Assembly (NCBI GenBank): GCA_902635335.1
Contig: CACPNO010000001.1
Coordinates: 95,018 to 159,017, forward strand
Origin: an uncultured Pelagibacteraceae bacterium
GTDB lineage: Bacteria > Pseudomonadota > Alphaproteobacteria > Pelagibacterales > Pelagibacteraceae
Direction of reading: 5' to 3'
DNA: 64,000 nt
The notes under the pieces are model-generated. The model did not search any database. It was not told the origin of the DNA and saw only the letters and a list, made by a program, of their open reading frames with translations. Made by a program: the position numbers and the translations under genes. Numbering within the stretch: position 1 is the stretch's first letter; every line of letters begins with the position of its first letter. Shown here piece by piece: positions 1 through 9,659 of this stretch.

Positions 1-1026
1 GATTCATTTAATGACTGTGATTTAATTCCAAATATCCTAAATAGTGTTGGTGAACCTGATTTAAAAACAGAGGTTTTTGGAACAAAGATGGATATGCCAA
101 TTTTTCTGTCACCTACAGCTATGCAAAGTTTATATCACCCGGATGGAGATAAAGCATCTGCTAGAGCTGCTGAAAAATTTGGAACGATTTATAGTATGTC
201 TACCATGGCATCTTTTTCGATTGAAGAAATTTCAAATCTTTCAAGTGGGCCAAAAATTTTCCAATTGTATATTCATAAGGATCAATCAATAACAAATGAC
301 TTAATTGATAGATGTAAGAGAGCAAACTTTAACGGAATGTGTATTACAGTTGATACAATTGTTGCTGGGAATAGAGAAAGAGATCATAGAACAGGTTTTA
401 CCACACCACCTAAATTCACCTTAGATAGTCTGATGAGTTTTGCGATGAGACCTCAGTGGGTGTTTAATTATTTTACGAATAAGAAATTTGAGTTAGCTAA
501 TCTCAAGGATAAAGTTGAGAAAGGTACTAATATTGCTCAATCTGTTATGGGATATATAAATGAACAATACGATCCTGCTATGAATTGGGAAGATGCAGAG
601 TATTGTATAAAGAAATGGAACGGTCCTATTGCACTTAAAGGAGTTATGTCAGTTGAAGATGCTAAAAGAGCAATAGATATTGGATGCACCGCTATAATGA
701 TATCAAATCATGGTGGAAGACAACTTGATGGGTCAAGATCTCCATTTGATCAAGTAAAGGCTATCAAAGATGCTGTAGGAGATAAATTAGAGGTAATTTT
801 AGATGGAGGAGTAAGAAGAGGAACGCATGTTCTAAAAGCATTAGCCGCGGGTGCGACAGCTTGTAGTTTTGGAAAAGCATTCTTGTTTAGTTTAGGTGCT
901 GGTGGACAGCAAGGTGTCGAGAGATTATTACAAAATATGCATGATGAAATAAGACGAAATATGATTTTGATGGGATGTAAAAGTATAAATGATCTAGACG
1001 AGTCAAAAATTATATATCGAAGATAA
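1..1026 (+). CDS. lldD: FMN-dependent alpha-hydroxy acid dehydrogenase (L-lactate dehydrogenase/glycolate oxidase family), 5'-truncated by window edge
   Basis: Frame is open from base 1 (DSFNDCDLIPN...). Motifs FQLY, LKG, SNHGGRQ and DGGVRRG. Substrate (lactate vs glycolate) not resolvable. Confidence 0.85.
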   Translation, partial: DSFNDCDLIPNILNSVGEPDLKTEVFGTKMDMPIFLSPTAMQSLYHPDGDKASARAAEKFGTIYSMSTMASFSIEEISNLSSGPKIFQLYIHKDQSITNDLIDRCKRANFNGMCITVDTIVAGNRERDHRTGFTTPPKFTLDSLMSFAMRPQWVFNYFTNKKFELANLKDKVEKGTNIAQSVMGYINEQYDPAMNWEDAEYCIKKWNGPIALKGVMSVEDAKRAIDIGCTAIMISNHGGRQLDGSRSPFDQVKAIKDAVGDKLEVILDGGVRRGTHVLKALAAGATACSFGKAFLFSLGAGGQQGVERLLQNMHDEIRRNMILMGCKSINDLDESKIIYRR

Positions 1027-1088
1027 AAAATTTTAATTAATAGACATAGTTAATCTTTTCAGTTAGTTTCCACTTTCAAAATAATTTT

Positions 1089-2255
1089 ATGAGACTTGCA
1101 AAGAATTTAGAAAATTTAGGAACCGAATCCGCTTTTAGTGTATTAGCTGAAGCAAAAGCATTAGAGGCTAAAGGCCACCCGATGATACACTTAGGTTTGG
1201 GACAACCAGATTTTAAAACTCCCAAACATGTAGTTGAAGCTGCAAAAAAGGCTTTGGATGATGGTCATCATGGATATGTTATGTCAAATGGAATTCCAGA
1301 ATGTAGGCAAGCTGTAACTAGATGGATTAAAAAACGTTATAATACTGACATAGATTTTGAGAGAATATTAATTATGCCAGGTGGAAAACCAACAATGAGT
1401 TATGCAATTCAGTGTTATGGTGAACCTGGAGCAGAGATAATTCATCCAACACCTGCTTTCCCAATTTATGAGTCAATGATTAACTATACTGGTTCTACTC
1501 CAGTGCCATATGATTTAACTGAGGATAAAGATCTAAAATTTGATCCAGATAAAATATTGTCACTAATAACAGATAAAACTAGATTATTAATTTTAATTAA
1601 TCCAAATAACCCAACAGGAAGCTTTGTTGAAAAACCAGTCATAGATTATTTTGCCAAAGAATTGGAAAAACATCCACATGTTACGATCTTAAGTGATGAA
1701 ATCTATAGCAGACAAATATTTGACTACAAAGAAATGCCATCGTTTTTTCATTATGAAAGTTTAAGAGACAGATTAATTGTATTAGAAGGTTGGAGTAAAG
1801 CATATTCAATGACTGGATGGAGATTAGGTTGGAGTTTTTGGCCAAAGGAACTAGTAGAGCATGTAAATAAATTATTAATCAACAGTGTATCTTGTGTAAA
1901 TGCTGCAGCACAATTTGCTGGTATAGCAGCTTTAGATGGTCCAGATGACTCAATTAAAGATATGTTAGACAAGTTTACTTTAAGAAGAAATTTAATTCAC
2001 AAAGGTTTAAATGATTTACCAGGAATTGAATGCAGTCTTCCAGGTGGAGCTTTCTATGCATTTCCAAATGTAAAAGGCACTGGAATGACAGGTGCAGAAT
2101 TTTGTAAAAAAGCAATGCATGAGGCAGGCGTTGCAATAGTTCCAGGAACTGCTTTTGGTAAAACTTGCCAAGATTATGTGAGATTTAGTTTTGCCGCATC
2201 CAGAGATAACATACAACAGGCCTTAGAAAACATAGGCAAGATGCTTTCTAAATAG
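1089..2255 (+). CDS. PLP-dependent aminotransferase class I/II (aspartate aminotransferase-like)
   Basis: GQPDF, NPNNPTG, DEIY and SKAYSMTGWRLG PLP-lysine motif. Confidence 0.9.
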   Translation: MRLAKNLENLGTESAFSVLAEAKALEAKGHPMIHLGLGQPDFKTPKHVVEAAKKALDDGHHGYVMSNGIPECRQAVTRWIKKRYNTDIDFERILIMPGGKPTMSYAIQCYGEPGAEIIHPTPAFPIYESMINYTGSTPVPYDLTEDKDLKFDPDKILSLITDKTRLLILINPNNPTGSFVEKPVIDYFAKELEKHPHVTILSDEIYSRQIFDYKEMPSFFHYESLRDRLIVLEGWSKAYSMTGWRLGWSFWPKELVEHVNKLLINSVSCVNAAAQFAGIAALDGPDDSIKDMLDKFTLRRNLIHKGLNDLPGIECSLPGGAFYAFPNVKGTGMTGAEFCKKAMHEAGVAIVPGTAFGKTCQDYVRFSFAASRDNIQQALENIGKMLSK

Positions 2256-2293
2256 ACTGTATTTTTTAAAAGAAACTTCTATAATATTTAATT

Positions 2294-3667
2294 ATGAATG
2301 AAATTGTTCAAACAGAATTAAAAAAAATTTTTAATGGAAGATTTTCAACATCAGAGTCCACTCGATCAAACTATGCTAGAGGTGAAGACACTTATGACCC
2401 AATACTTTCAAAAGCTGTAGTATTTCCAGAGACAAATGAAGAAGTTTCTCAATTATTAAAGCTATGTAATGAGCATAAAATTCCAGTTGTTCCATTTGGT
2501 ACAGGCACTTCTCTGGAAGGTCACGTTGTAGGAAATCAAAACGGTATTACTATTTCTCTTGAAAAAATGAACAAAGTTTTAAGCGTTAATGCTGAGGACT
2601 TTGATTGTAGAGTTCAAGCAAATGTTACAAGAAAACAATTAAATGAATATTTAAGAGAGGATGGAGTATTTTTTCCAATTGACCCGGGTGCAGACGCAGC
2701 TCTTGGTGGAATGGCTGCCACTTCGGCTTCTGGAACAATGGCTGTTAAATACGGTACAATGAGAACTGTAATTTCAGGTCTCACAGTTGTTCTTCCCAAT
2801 GGAGATATTATTAAAACAGGAGCTAGAACAAAAAAAACTTCTGCGGGATATAATCTCACAAATTTATTTATAGGTTCAGAAGGAACGCTTGGAATAATTA
2901 CTGAAGTACAATTAAGATTATCACCCATACCTGAAAGTATAATGAGTGCAGTTTGCTATTTCCCAGATTTAGACTCTGCAGTAAAAGCATCACAAGAAGT
3001 TATTCAGTACGGTGTTCCAATTGCAAGAATTGAAATGCTTAACAAAGATCAGATGGAAATTAGTATTAAATATTCAAAACTAGAAAACATAAAAGCATCA
3101 CCGACATTATTTTTTGAATTCCATGGGAGTGAGGCTTCAAATAATGAAAATATTGGTATTGTAGAGGAAATTTCTAAAAGTAATGGTGGAAGTGATTTTC
3201 AATGGGCATCTTCTCCCGAAGAACAAAAAAAATTATGGAAAGCAAGACATGATGTTTATTACTCTGTTAAAGCTTTAGGAAACGACATGAAAGTTTATTC
3301 AACAGACGTTTGTGTTCCAATTTCAAGATTAGTCGAGTGTATATCTTGGGCAGAAAAAGAAGTACAAAAACTAGGTTTAACTGCTCCAATGGTAGGCCAC
3401 GTAGGTGATGGAAATTTTCACTCTATTGTTCTTTATGACCCAGAGGATCATGAAAAACAAAAAAAAATTCGACAATACAGTGATGATTTAATAAACAAAG
3501 CACTTGAGCTTGAAGGAACAATCACTGGAGAACACGGTATAGGTCTTCAAAAGAAACATTATTTGCTTAGAGAACATCCAGACAATGTACCCGTTATGAA
3601 ATCTATTAAAAGATCTTTGGATGTAAATAACATAATGAATCCCGGTAAAATTTTCGATTTAAATTAA
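2294..3667 (+). CDS. FAD-linked oxidase, D-lactate dehydrogenase (cytochrome)/GlcD family
   Basis: PFGTGTSLEG, GSEGTLG, GHVGDGNFH, TGEHGIG and NPGK motifs. Confidence 0.88.
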   Translation: MNEIVQTELKKIFNGRFSTSESTRSNYARGEDTYDPILSKAVVFPETNEEVSQLLKLCNEHKIPVVPFGTGTSLEGHVVGNQNGITISLEKMNKVLSVNAEDFDCRVQANVTRKQLNEYLREDGVFFPIDPGADAALGGMAATSASGTMAVKYGTMRTVISGLTVVLPNGDIIKTGARTKKTSAGYNLTNLFIGSEGTLGIITEVQLRLSPIPESIMSAVCYFPDLDSAVKASQEVIQYGVPIARIEMLNKDQMEISIKYSKLENIKASPTLFFEFHGSEASNNENIGIVEEISKSNGGSDFQWASSPEEQKKLWKARHDVYYSVKALGNDMKVYSTDVCVPISRLVECISWAEKEVQKLGLTAPMVGHVGDGNFHSIVLYDPEDHEKQKKIRQYSDDLINKALELEGTITGEHGIGLQKKHYLLREHPDNVPVMKSIKRSLDVNNIMNPGKIFDLN

Positions 3668-3677
3668 TTACATATCT

Positions 3678-4631
3678 ATGAAAAAAATTTTGGTCACAAG
3701 AAGATTGCTAAGATCTTGTGAAGACAAGGCTAAAGAAATTTTTGATGCAAATTTGAATTTAAACGATGAACTATATTCTCAAAAAAAACTTGTTGAAATG
3801 AGCTATGGCTGTGATGGAATATTATCAGCTCTTACTGATAAGTTAGATGCTGAAACAATAAATCAATTACCCGATACTGTAAAAATATTATCAAATTTTG
3901 CAGTTGGTTTTGGAAATATTGATTTGGATGCAGCAAGAAATAGAGGAATTGCAGTGACTAATACTCCAGATGTTTTGACAGATGCAACAGCTGAAATAGG
4001 GGTTCTTTTAATATTGGGTGCTTGCAGGAGAGCTTCTGAGGGAATTGAAAGAGCAAGAGAAGGAGGTTGGGTTTGGTCAGCAGATTTATTAATAGGAAAA
4101 CAATTAACTGGAACTAGATTGGGAATATTAGGAATGGGAAGAATTGGACAAAAGATTGCAAAAGTCGCTAAATCGCTGGGTATGGTTATTCATTATCACA
4201 ATAGATCAAAGCTAACTGAGGATAAGGAGCAGGGAGCAGTTTATCATGACAACCTAAAAGATTTGTTATCAGTTTCAGATGTATTATCTGTTTGCTGTCC
4301 TGCATCGAAAGAGACAATTAACATGATAAACAAAGATACAATAGAATATTTGCCCAAAGGAGCAATTGTAACTAATGTTGCAAGGGGCGATATAATAGAG
4401 GATGAGGCAATGGTTGATGCTCTTGATAGAAGAAAAGTTTATGCAGTTGGATTAGATGTCTACAAAAATGAGCCAAATTTAAACAAAGGTTATTATAGGC
4501 ATAAAAGCGCGTTTATTCTTCCACATTTAGGTAGTGCAACCAAGGAAACTAGAACAGCAATGGCTAATTTAGCAATAGACAACCTTGATGAATTTTTTAA
4601 GACAGGAAATTGCAAAAATAAAGTCAATTAA
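3678..4631 (+). CDS. D-isomer-specific 2-hydroxyacid dehydrogenase (glyoxylate/hydroxypyruvate reductase, GyaR/GhrB-like)
   Basis: VTNTPDVLTDATA, GMGRIG Rossmann motif, NVARG, GLDVY..EP and LPHLGSAT. Confidence 0.88.
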   Translation: MKKILVTRRLLRSCEDKAKEIFDANLNLNDELYSQKKLVEMSYGCDGILSALTDKLDAETINQLPDTVKILSNFAVGFGNIDLDAARNRGIAVTNTPDVLTDATAEIGVLLILGACRRASEGIERAREGGWVWSADLLIGKQLTGTRLGILGMGRIGQKIAKVAKSLGMVIHYHNRSKLTEDKEQGAVYHDNLKDLLSVSDVLSVCCPASKETINMINKDTIEYLPKGAIVTNVARGDIIEDEAMVDALDRRKVYAVGLDVYKNEPNLNKGYYRHKSAFILPHLGSATKETRTAMANLAIDNLDEFFKTGNCKNKVN

Positions 4632-4720
4632 CAATCTCAAGTTGTATTTAACCTATTTGTCCTAATTTTTAAAATGACTCTAAGTTACATTTATGTTTAA
4701 TTATCATTAGTTAATTAACT

Positions 4721-4730
4721 AAAGAGGAGA
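4721..4730 (+). promoter_or_regulatory. Strong Shine-Dalgarno site for the TRAP solute-binding protein
   Basis: AAAGAGGAGA ending 5 nt before ATG at 4736. Confidence 0.75.
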
Positions 4731-4735
4731 AATAA

Positions 4736-5869
4736 ATGATTAAAGACAAAAAACTAATGAAGGTAAAAAAAACGCCTTCAAGACGTAAGTTCTTTAAAGC
4801 TGCTGCTGCAACAGGTGTTGCCGCTGTAGCTGCATCATCTTTGTCTGCTCCAGCTGTTGCCAAAGACAGAATTGAAGTTTCAATGGTAGCAACTTGGGGA
4901 AGAGATTTCCCAGGTCTAGGAACTGGTGCACAAAGATTTGCGCAAAGAATTGGTGATGTAAGTGATGGAAGAATTCAAGTTACTTACTACGCTGCTAACG
5001 AAAGAGTTAAGGCATTTGACTCATTTGATGAAGTTGCTTCAGGTAACTCTCAAATGTATCATGCTGCAGACTATTATTGGGTGAAAAAAGATCCTGCTTG
5101 GGGTTACTTCACTGCAGTACCTTTCGGTTTCACTTACACAGAAATGAATGCTTGGATCAGATTTGCTGGTGGTCAACAATTATGGGATGAATTAGCAGAT
5201 AAATTTGGTCTAAAAAATTTCATGTGTGGTGATACAGGAGTTCAAATGGGTGGATGGTTTAACAAGAAAATCAGAAGTCCAAATGACTTTAAAGGTTTAA
5301 AAATGCGTATGCCTGGATTAGGTGGTCAAGTTATTGGTAAACTTGGAGGATCTCCAGTTTCACTTCCTGGTGGACAGATTTATGAAAACTTAGTGTCTGG
5401 TGCAATTGATGCAACAGAATGGGTTGGTCCATGGAATGATGAAGCAATGAAATTCCAAGAAGCAGCTAAATACTACTACTATCCTGGAATGCACGAACCT
5501 GGTTCAATGTTAGCTTGTGGATGTAATAAATCTTGGTTTACAAGTTTATCAAAATCAGATCAGTTGTTAATCGAAGCTTGTGCATCTACTGAAAACGACG
5601 TTATGATGTCAGAGTACAATGCTAAAAACGGAGCAGCATTAGCTAGATTGATAAACGACCATGGTGTTAAACTAGAGAAGTTTAGTGATAAAGTTTACGA
5701 TGGTTTTGGAAAAGCAGCAGAGGAAGTTTTTGAGGAAACTAGAGCAAGTAGTGGTCTCGCTGAGAGAATCCACACAAGTTTCTTAAAAGCTAGAAAAGAA
5801 ATTGGTGCTTGGACAAACCTATCAGACTCACCTTACATTCAGCAAAGAAACAGAGTGCTAGGAATGTAA
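4736..5869 (+). CDS. dctP: TRAP transporter solute-binding protein, TakP-like (2-oxo/2-hydroxy monocarboxylate), Tat-exported
   Basis: Twin-arginine signal SRRKFFK. YYW, GVQMGGW, KMRMPG, TEWVGP and HEPG motifs of the TakP-like subfamily. Confidence 0.9.
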   Translation: MIKDKKLMKVKKTPSRRKFFKAAAATGVAAVAASSLSAPAVAKDRIEVSMVATWGRDFPGLGTGAQRFAQRIGDVSDGRIQVTYYAANERVKAFDSFDEVASGNSQMYHAADYYWVKKDPAWGYFTAVPFGFTYTEMNAWIRFAGGQQLWDELADKFGLKNFMCGDTGVQMGGWFNKKIRSPNDFKGLKMRMPGLGGQVIGKLGGSPVSLPGGQIYENLVSGAIDATEWVGPWNDEAMKFQEAAKYYYYPGMHEPGSMLACGCNKSWFTSLSKSDQLLIEACASTENDVMMSEYNAKNGAALARLINDHGVKLEKFSDKVYDGFGKAAEEVFEETRASSGLAERIHTSFLKARKEIGAWTNLSDSPYIQQRNRVLGM

Positions 5870-5888
5870 TTACGTCTTTTATGTAATT

Positions 5889-5918
5889 AAAAGGGCCCTT
5901 AATTGGGCCCTTTTTTTT
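5889..5918 (+). terminator. Rho-independent terminator between dctP and dctQ
   Basis: AAAAGGGCCC-TTAATT-GGGCCC stem-loop followed by 8 T. Confidence 0.9.
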
Positions 5919-5958
5919 AGTTTCAATAAAAGTAAATTTTTAGTATTAAAAAAAATCT

Positions 5959-7008
5959 ATGGACTCCGAAAGTAAGATTACAGCACGTTATTTAAGAATT
6001 TTAAGCTACTCTGTGTTAGCTTTTACGCTAGCATTTTTAATAAATAATATTCTTACAGTTTGGGTCGACTGGCCAGGAGTAAAAAAAATTTTTTCTCATT
6101 ACGAATTATTTGGTTTTAAACAAAAAGCACTTCAAGGATCAGAATTAAATTATGGTTATTTGCAAATTGGAATTTATTTGATTTGTATTGCTGGAGTTAT
6201 TTTATACGTATTTAAAACATATTCTCAGACACTGGAACATGATTCAGAAATATTATCAAAATTTTCTGCATATTTAGTTAGATCATCTTTTTGGGCTGTA
6301 TTTCTAGTTGGTGTTGCTGATTTTATAATTTCATTCATGGTTGTGGAAAGACTATGGGAAGCTATTTTTAGTCCTGAGGTTAAAGCTTTTATGGTTAAAG
6401 CTCCTGAAAGAATTACATTTATACATTTTCCAATTATTTTAGGATCTTTCATAATTGGATATTTTACAAAATCAGTCGGATTTATTTGGCTTGCAGTTCT
6501 AGTCGTACTAAGTGAATTTGTAATAGTATTATCAAGATTTATATTTTCTTATGAGCAAGCTTTTCAGGGAGACCTTGTGAGATTTTGGTATGCAGCGCTA
6601 TATCTATTTGCAAGTGCATATGCTCTAATACACGAAGGTCACGTAAGAGTAGATGTCCTTTACTCTTCTTTTAGTGAGAGAAAAAAAGCATGGACTAATT
6701 CGATAGGTTCAGCACTTCTTGGAGTACCACTTTGTTTAATAGTTATCTTTTATGGTTTAAACGGTAAAGCAAGTATTATTAACGGACCCGTAGTTGCTTT
6801 TGAAGTAACTCAGCAAGGTTCTAACGGACTATATCTACTTTATTTAATGGCTGTTTATTTAGGAGTTTTTGCAGTTACGATGTTGCTGCAATTCACAAGT
6901 TATTTTATGAGCAGTAGCCACAAACTTCTGCAAAATGATGAAGAGGTAAATATTTCAAAGGTCGATAAAACAAATAAAGTTAGTATCGAAAATATGGAAA
7001 GCCAATAA
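5959..7008 (+). CDS. dctQ: TRAP small permease, unusually long (349 aa)
   Basis: HVRVDVLY DctQ motif in the C-terminal half, multiple TM segments, located between dctP and dctM. Confidence 0.85.
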   Translation: MDSESKITARYLRILSYSVLAFTLAFLINNILTVWVDWPGVKKIFSHYELFGFKQKALQGSELNYGYLQIGIYLICIAGVILYVFKTYSQTLEHDSEILSKFSAYLVRSSFWAVFLVGVADFIISFMVVERLWEAIFSPEVKAFMVKAPERITFIHFPIILGSFIIGYFTKSVGFIWLAVLVVLSEFVIVLSRFIFSYEQAFQGDLVRFWYAALYLFASAYALIHEGHVRVDVLYSSFSERKKAWTNSIGSALLGVPLCLIVIFYGLNGKASIINGPVVAFEVTQQGSNGLYLLYLMAVYLGVFAVTMLLQFTSYFMSSSHKLLQNDEEVNISKVDKTNKVSIENMESQ

Positions 7009-9659
7009 TGGAATTATTTTTTTTAGCTATATTAGTTTTAATTATGATTGCAGCTCTAGCTTCAGGGTATCCAGTTGCCTTTGCTCTTCCTGGTTCAGCT
7101 ATCATATCTATCGGTTTAGCAGCTTTTTTTGGTTATATTTTTGCTGGCGATGTTGATGCTTACTTCGCTGTCGATGGTCCAACCGAATGGCTTGTTGCTG
7201 GAATTACAAATTTTAGAAGTAATTACTGGGACGTCGAGACTGACACTTTAATTGCAATTCCCTTATTTATTTTTATGGGAATTATGCTTCAAAAATCAAA
7301 AATTGCTGAGGATTTATTAATAACTATGGGTCAATTATTTGGCCCGATACCTGGTGGTTTAGGTATTTCGGTAATATTTGTTGGTGCATTATTAGCTGCA
7401 ACTACAGGTATTGTCGGAGCAACAGTCATTGCAATGGGATTAATTTCATTACCTACAATGTTAAACAACAATTATGACAGAAAACTTGCAAGTGGAATTG
7501 TTTGCTCTTCTGGAACTCTAGGACAGATTATTCCGCCATCAATTGTATTAATTATTATAGCGGACCAATTAGCGAGCGCATCAGATGTTGCCAATAACAT
7601 GAGGCAGAACGATTATAAAGCTTTAACAGGCGAATTTAACATGCCAGGTGAATTTAGAGTAGGTTCATCCAGTGCCGGTGACATGTTCCTGGGAGCACTT
7701 TTACCAGGATTAGTACTTGTAGCTTTATATATGATCTATGTATTTTTCTATGCAAGAATAAAAAAAGGGGTTGCCCCACCTGTTCCATTTAAAGGAAACT
7801 TTGATTTCAAATTTTGGATGAGAGTTATTGTTATAATTATTCCTCCACTTGCATTAATTTTTGCTGTTTTAGGATCGATTCTTATGGGTATTGCAACTGT
7901 GAACCAAGCTGGTTCTATAGGAGCAATTGGAGCAACATTAATGGCGGGTTACCGTCTATTTCAAGGTAAGAAAAGTGCCTTCTATCCACTTATAATGATA
8001 ATTGGATCATTAATACCCATTACTTTTTTTGCATCAAATTATGAACTTAACATAAAAAATATAGAAGAAAGAGATTTAGGAGCAATTTATATAACTGCTA
8101 TTTTTGTAATCACTTTGGTTTATGGAATAGCATGGAGTTTTTGGAGAACATATAAAACTGAAAATGTTCTTAAAGAAGTAGTAACCGAAACGTGCGTTAC
8201 AACTTCGATGGTATTTATTATTTTATTAGGTGCTGCAATGCTTACATCAGGATTTAGAGCATTTGGTGGTGAAGAATTAGTAAGAGACTTCCTTCAAGAT
8301 TTACCCGGGGGCTTTTGGACTCAGTTTGTAGTTGTAATGATTGTAATATTCTTACTTGGGTTCTTTTTAGATTTTATTGAAATCGCTGTTGTGGTTGTTC
8401 CAATAATTGCACCTATATTATTAGCTGAGACAGGAGCAAACGTTACAGCGGTCTGGTTAGGTGTTATGATTGGTGTCAATTTACAAACCTCTTTTTTAAC
8501 TCCCCCCTTTGGTTTTGCCTTATTTTATTTAAAAGGTGTTGCTCCAAAAGTGGTACAAACATTAGATATTTGGAAAGGTGTTGTTCCATTTATAATTTTA
8601 CAACTCATTGGCCTAGCAATTGTAGGGTCTTATCCAAGTCTGGTAAATTATCTTCCAAATAGAGTTTATCTGACTTCAAATGTAGCTCCACCTCCTATGA
8701 ACCCGAAACTTCAATATTGTTTGCAAGAATATAAATTTGTAAAATATACAAACAATGCAGATGAAATAAAGAATAGCATAGACGATTTTGATTCAATAAT
8801 ACTTGCAAATTTACCAGCCGATAAGTTAAGTTATTTCCAACGTCATGTTGATAATTCAAATTATACATTTGAATTAGTTGATGATGTAAAAAGTGCCGAA
8901 GCTATTTACAATGATTACGCTGTTGATTATCGAGATTTACATTTCAAAACGAGAAAAAAACAAAAGAAAATTTTTAAACTCAATAAAAAAATAGATAAAT
9001 TTAAAGCCGAAATTAGAAATTTAGATGATGATGAAGTTTCTGAAAAAAATAAAATTGAACAAAGAATTGAGAACATAAAACTCGAAATTGACGAAATAGA
9101 AAACTCAATTTCTAAAGATTGGAAATCAAGAAATGATGAATTTAACAAGATTAATAAAGCAAAAAACTTAGCAGTAAAAAAATATCGTAAAACTGCAGAC
9201 AATGCATATGATGATTTAATGTTGATAAAATTATTTATTTTAGATGGTGAAAAATTTGAAGAATTAAATGAAGATATCAAAATTCTTAAATCTAAAATTG
9301 ACAATAGAGGATATTTAGATGCAATTGATCATATTGATAATATGTTTGATAAAGTAGGAGAGATTTCTGGATCAGATGAATTTGCAGATAAATTAGATTA
9401 TCTAATAACTATAATGGATGAAGATGAAAAAGATCCAGAACAAATTCAAAAAATAGCTAGTGATACTTATGCACATTTTGATCAAGAAGTAAGTTGGAGA
9501 AATGAATTTGACAAAAAATATATGGATAGAATAAATAATCACTTAACTGTATTAAGTGAAACTATTGGATTGAGGTTACAACAAAAACTTACAAAAGAGC
9601 AAGCAATTTATGTTTCAAAATGTAATTCAGTACACAGAGATATTTCTCTCAATTTTTGA
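7008..9659 (+). CDS. dctM: TRAP large permease with internal insertion and ~330-aa soluble C-terminal extension
   Basis: LIAIPLFIFMG, GTLGQIIPPS, LGFFLD and FLTPPFG DctM motifs. 883 aa. Confidence 0.9.
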   Translation: MELFFLAILVLIMIAALASGYPVAFALPGSAIISIGLAAFFGYIFAGDVDAYFAVDGPTEWLVAGITNFRSNYWDVETDTLIAIPLFIFMGIMLQKSKIAEDLLITMGQLFGPIPGGLGISVIFVGALLAATTGIVGATVIAMGLISLPTMLNNNYDRKLASGIVCSSGTLGQIIPPSIVLIIIADQLASASDVANNMRQNDYKALTGEFNMPGEFRVGSSSAGDMFLGALLPGLVLVALYMIYVFFYARIKKGVAPPVPFKGNFDFKFWMRVIVIIIPPLALIFAVLGSILMGIATVNQAGSIGAIGATLMAGYRLFQGKKSAFYPLIMIIGSLIPITFFASNYELNIKNIEERDLGAIYITAIFVITLVYGIAWSFWRTYKTENVLKEVVTETCVTTSMVFIILLGAAMLTSGFRAFGGEELVRDFLQDLPGGFWTQFVVVMIVIFLLGFFLDFIEIAVVVVPIIAPILLAETGANVTAVWLGVMIGVNLQTSFLTPPFGFALFYLKGVAPKVVQTLDIWKGVVPFIILQLIGLAIVGSYPSLVNYLPNRVYLTSNVAPPPMNPKLQYCLQEYKFVKYTNNADEIKNSIDDFDSIILANLPADKLSYFQRHVDNSNYTFELVDDVKSAEAIYNDYAVDYRDLHFKTRKKQKKIFKLNKKIDKFKAEIRNLDDDEVSEKNKIEQRIENIKLEIDEIENSISKDWKSRNDEFNKINKAKNLAVKKYRKTADNAYDDLMLIKLFILDGEKFEELNEDIKILKSKIDNRGYLDAIDHIDNMFDKVGEISGSDEFADKLDYLITIMDEDEKDPEQIQKIASDTYAHFDQEVSWRNEFDKKYMDRINNHLTVLSETIGLRLQQKLTKEQAIYVSKCNSVHRDISLNF

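Noticed and set aside
5867-5889. TAATTAC/GTAATTA hairpin after the dctP stop
   Set aside because: Weak AT-rich stem. The adjacent GC-rich terminator already explains the spacer.
8927-9304. 125-aa antisense ORF in dctM and similar shadow ORFs (2614-2928, 36528-36896, 40707-41195, 55671-56036 and others)
   Set aside because: All lie opposite well-supported genes and have Ser/Phe/Ile-biased shadow composition with no motifs.
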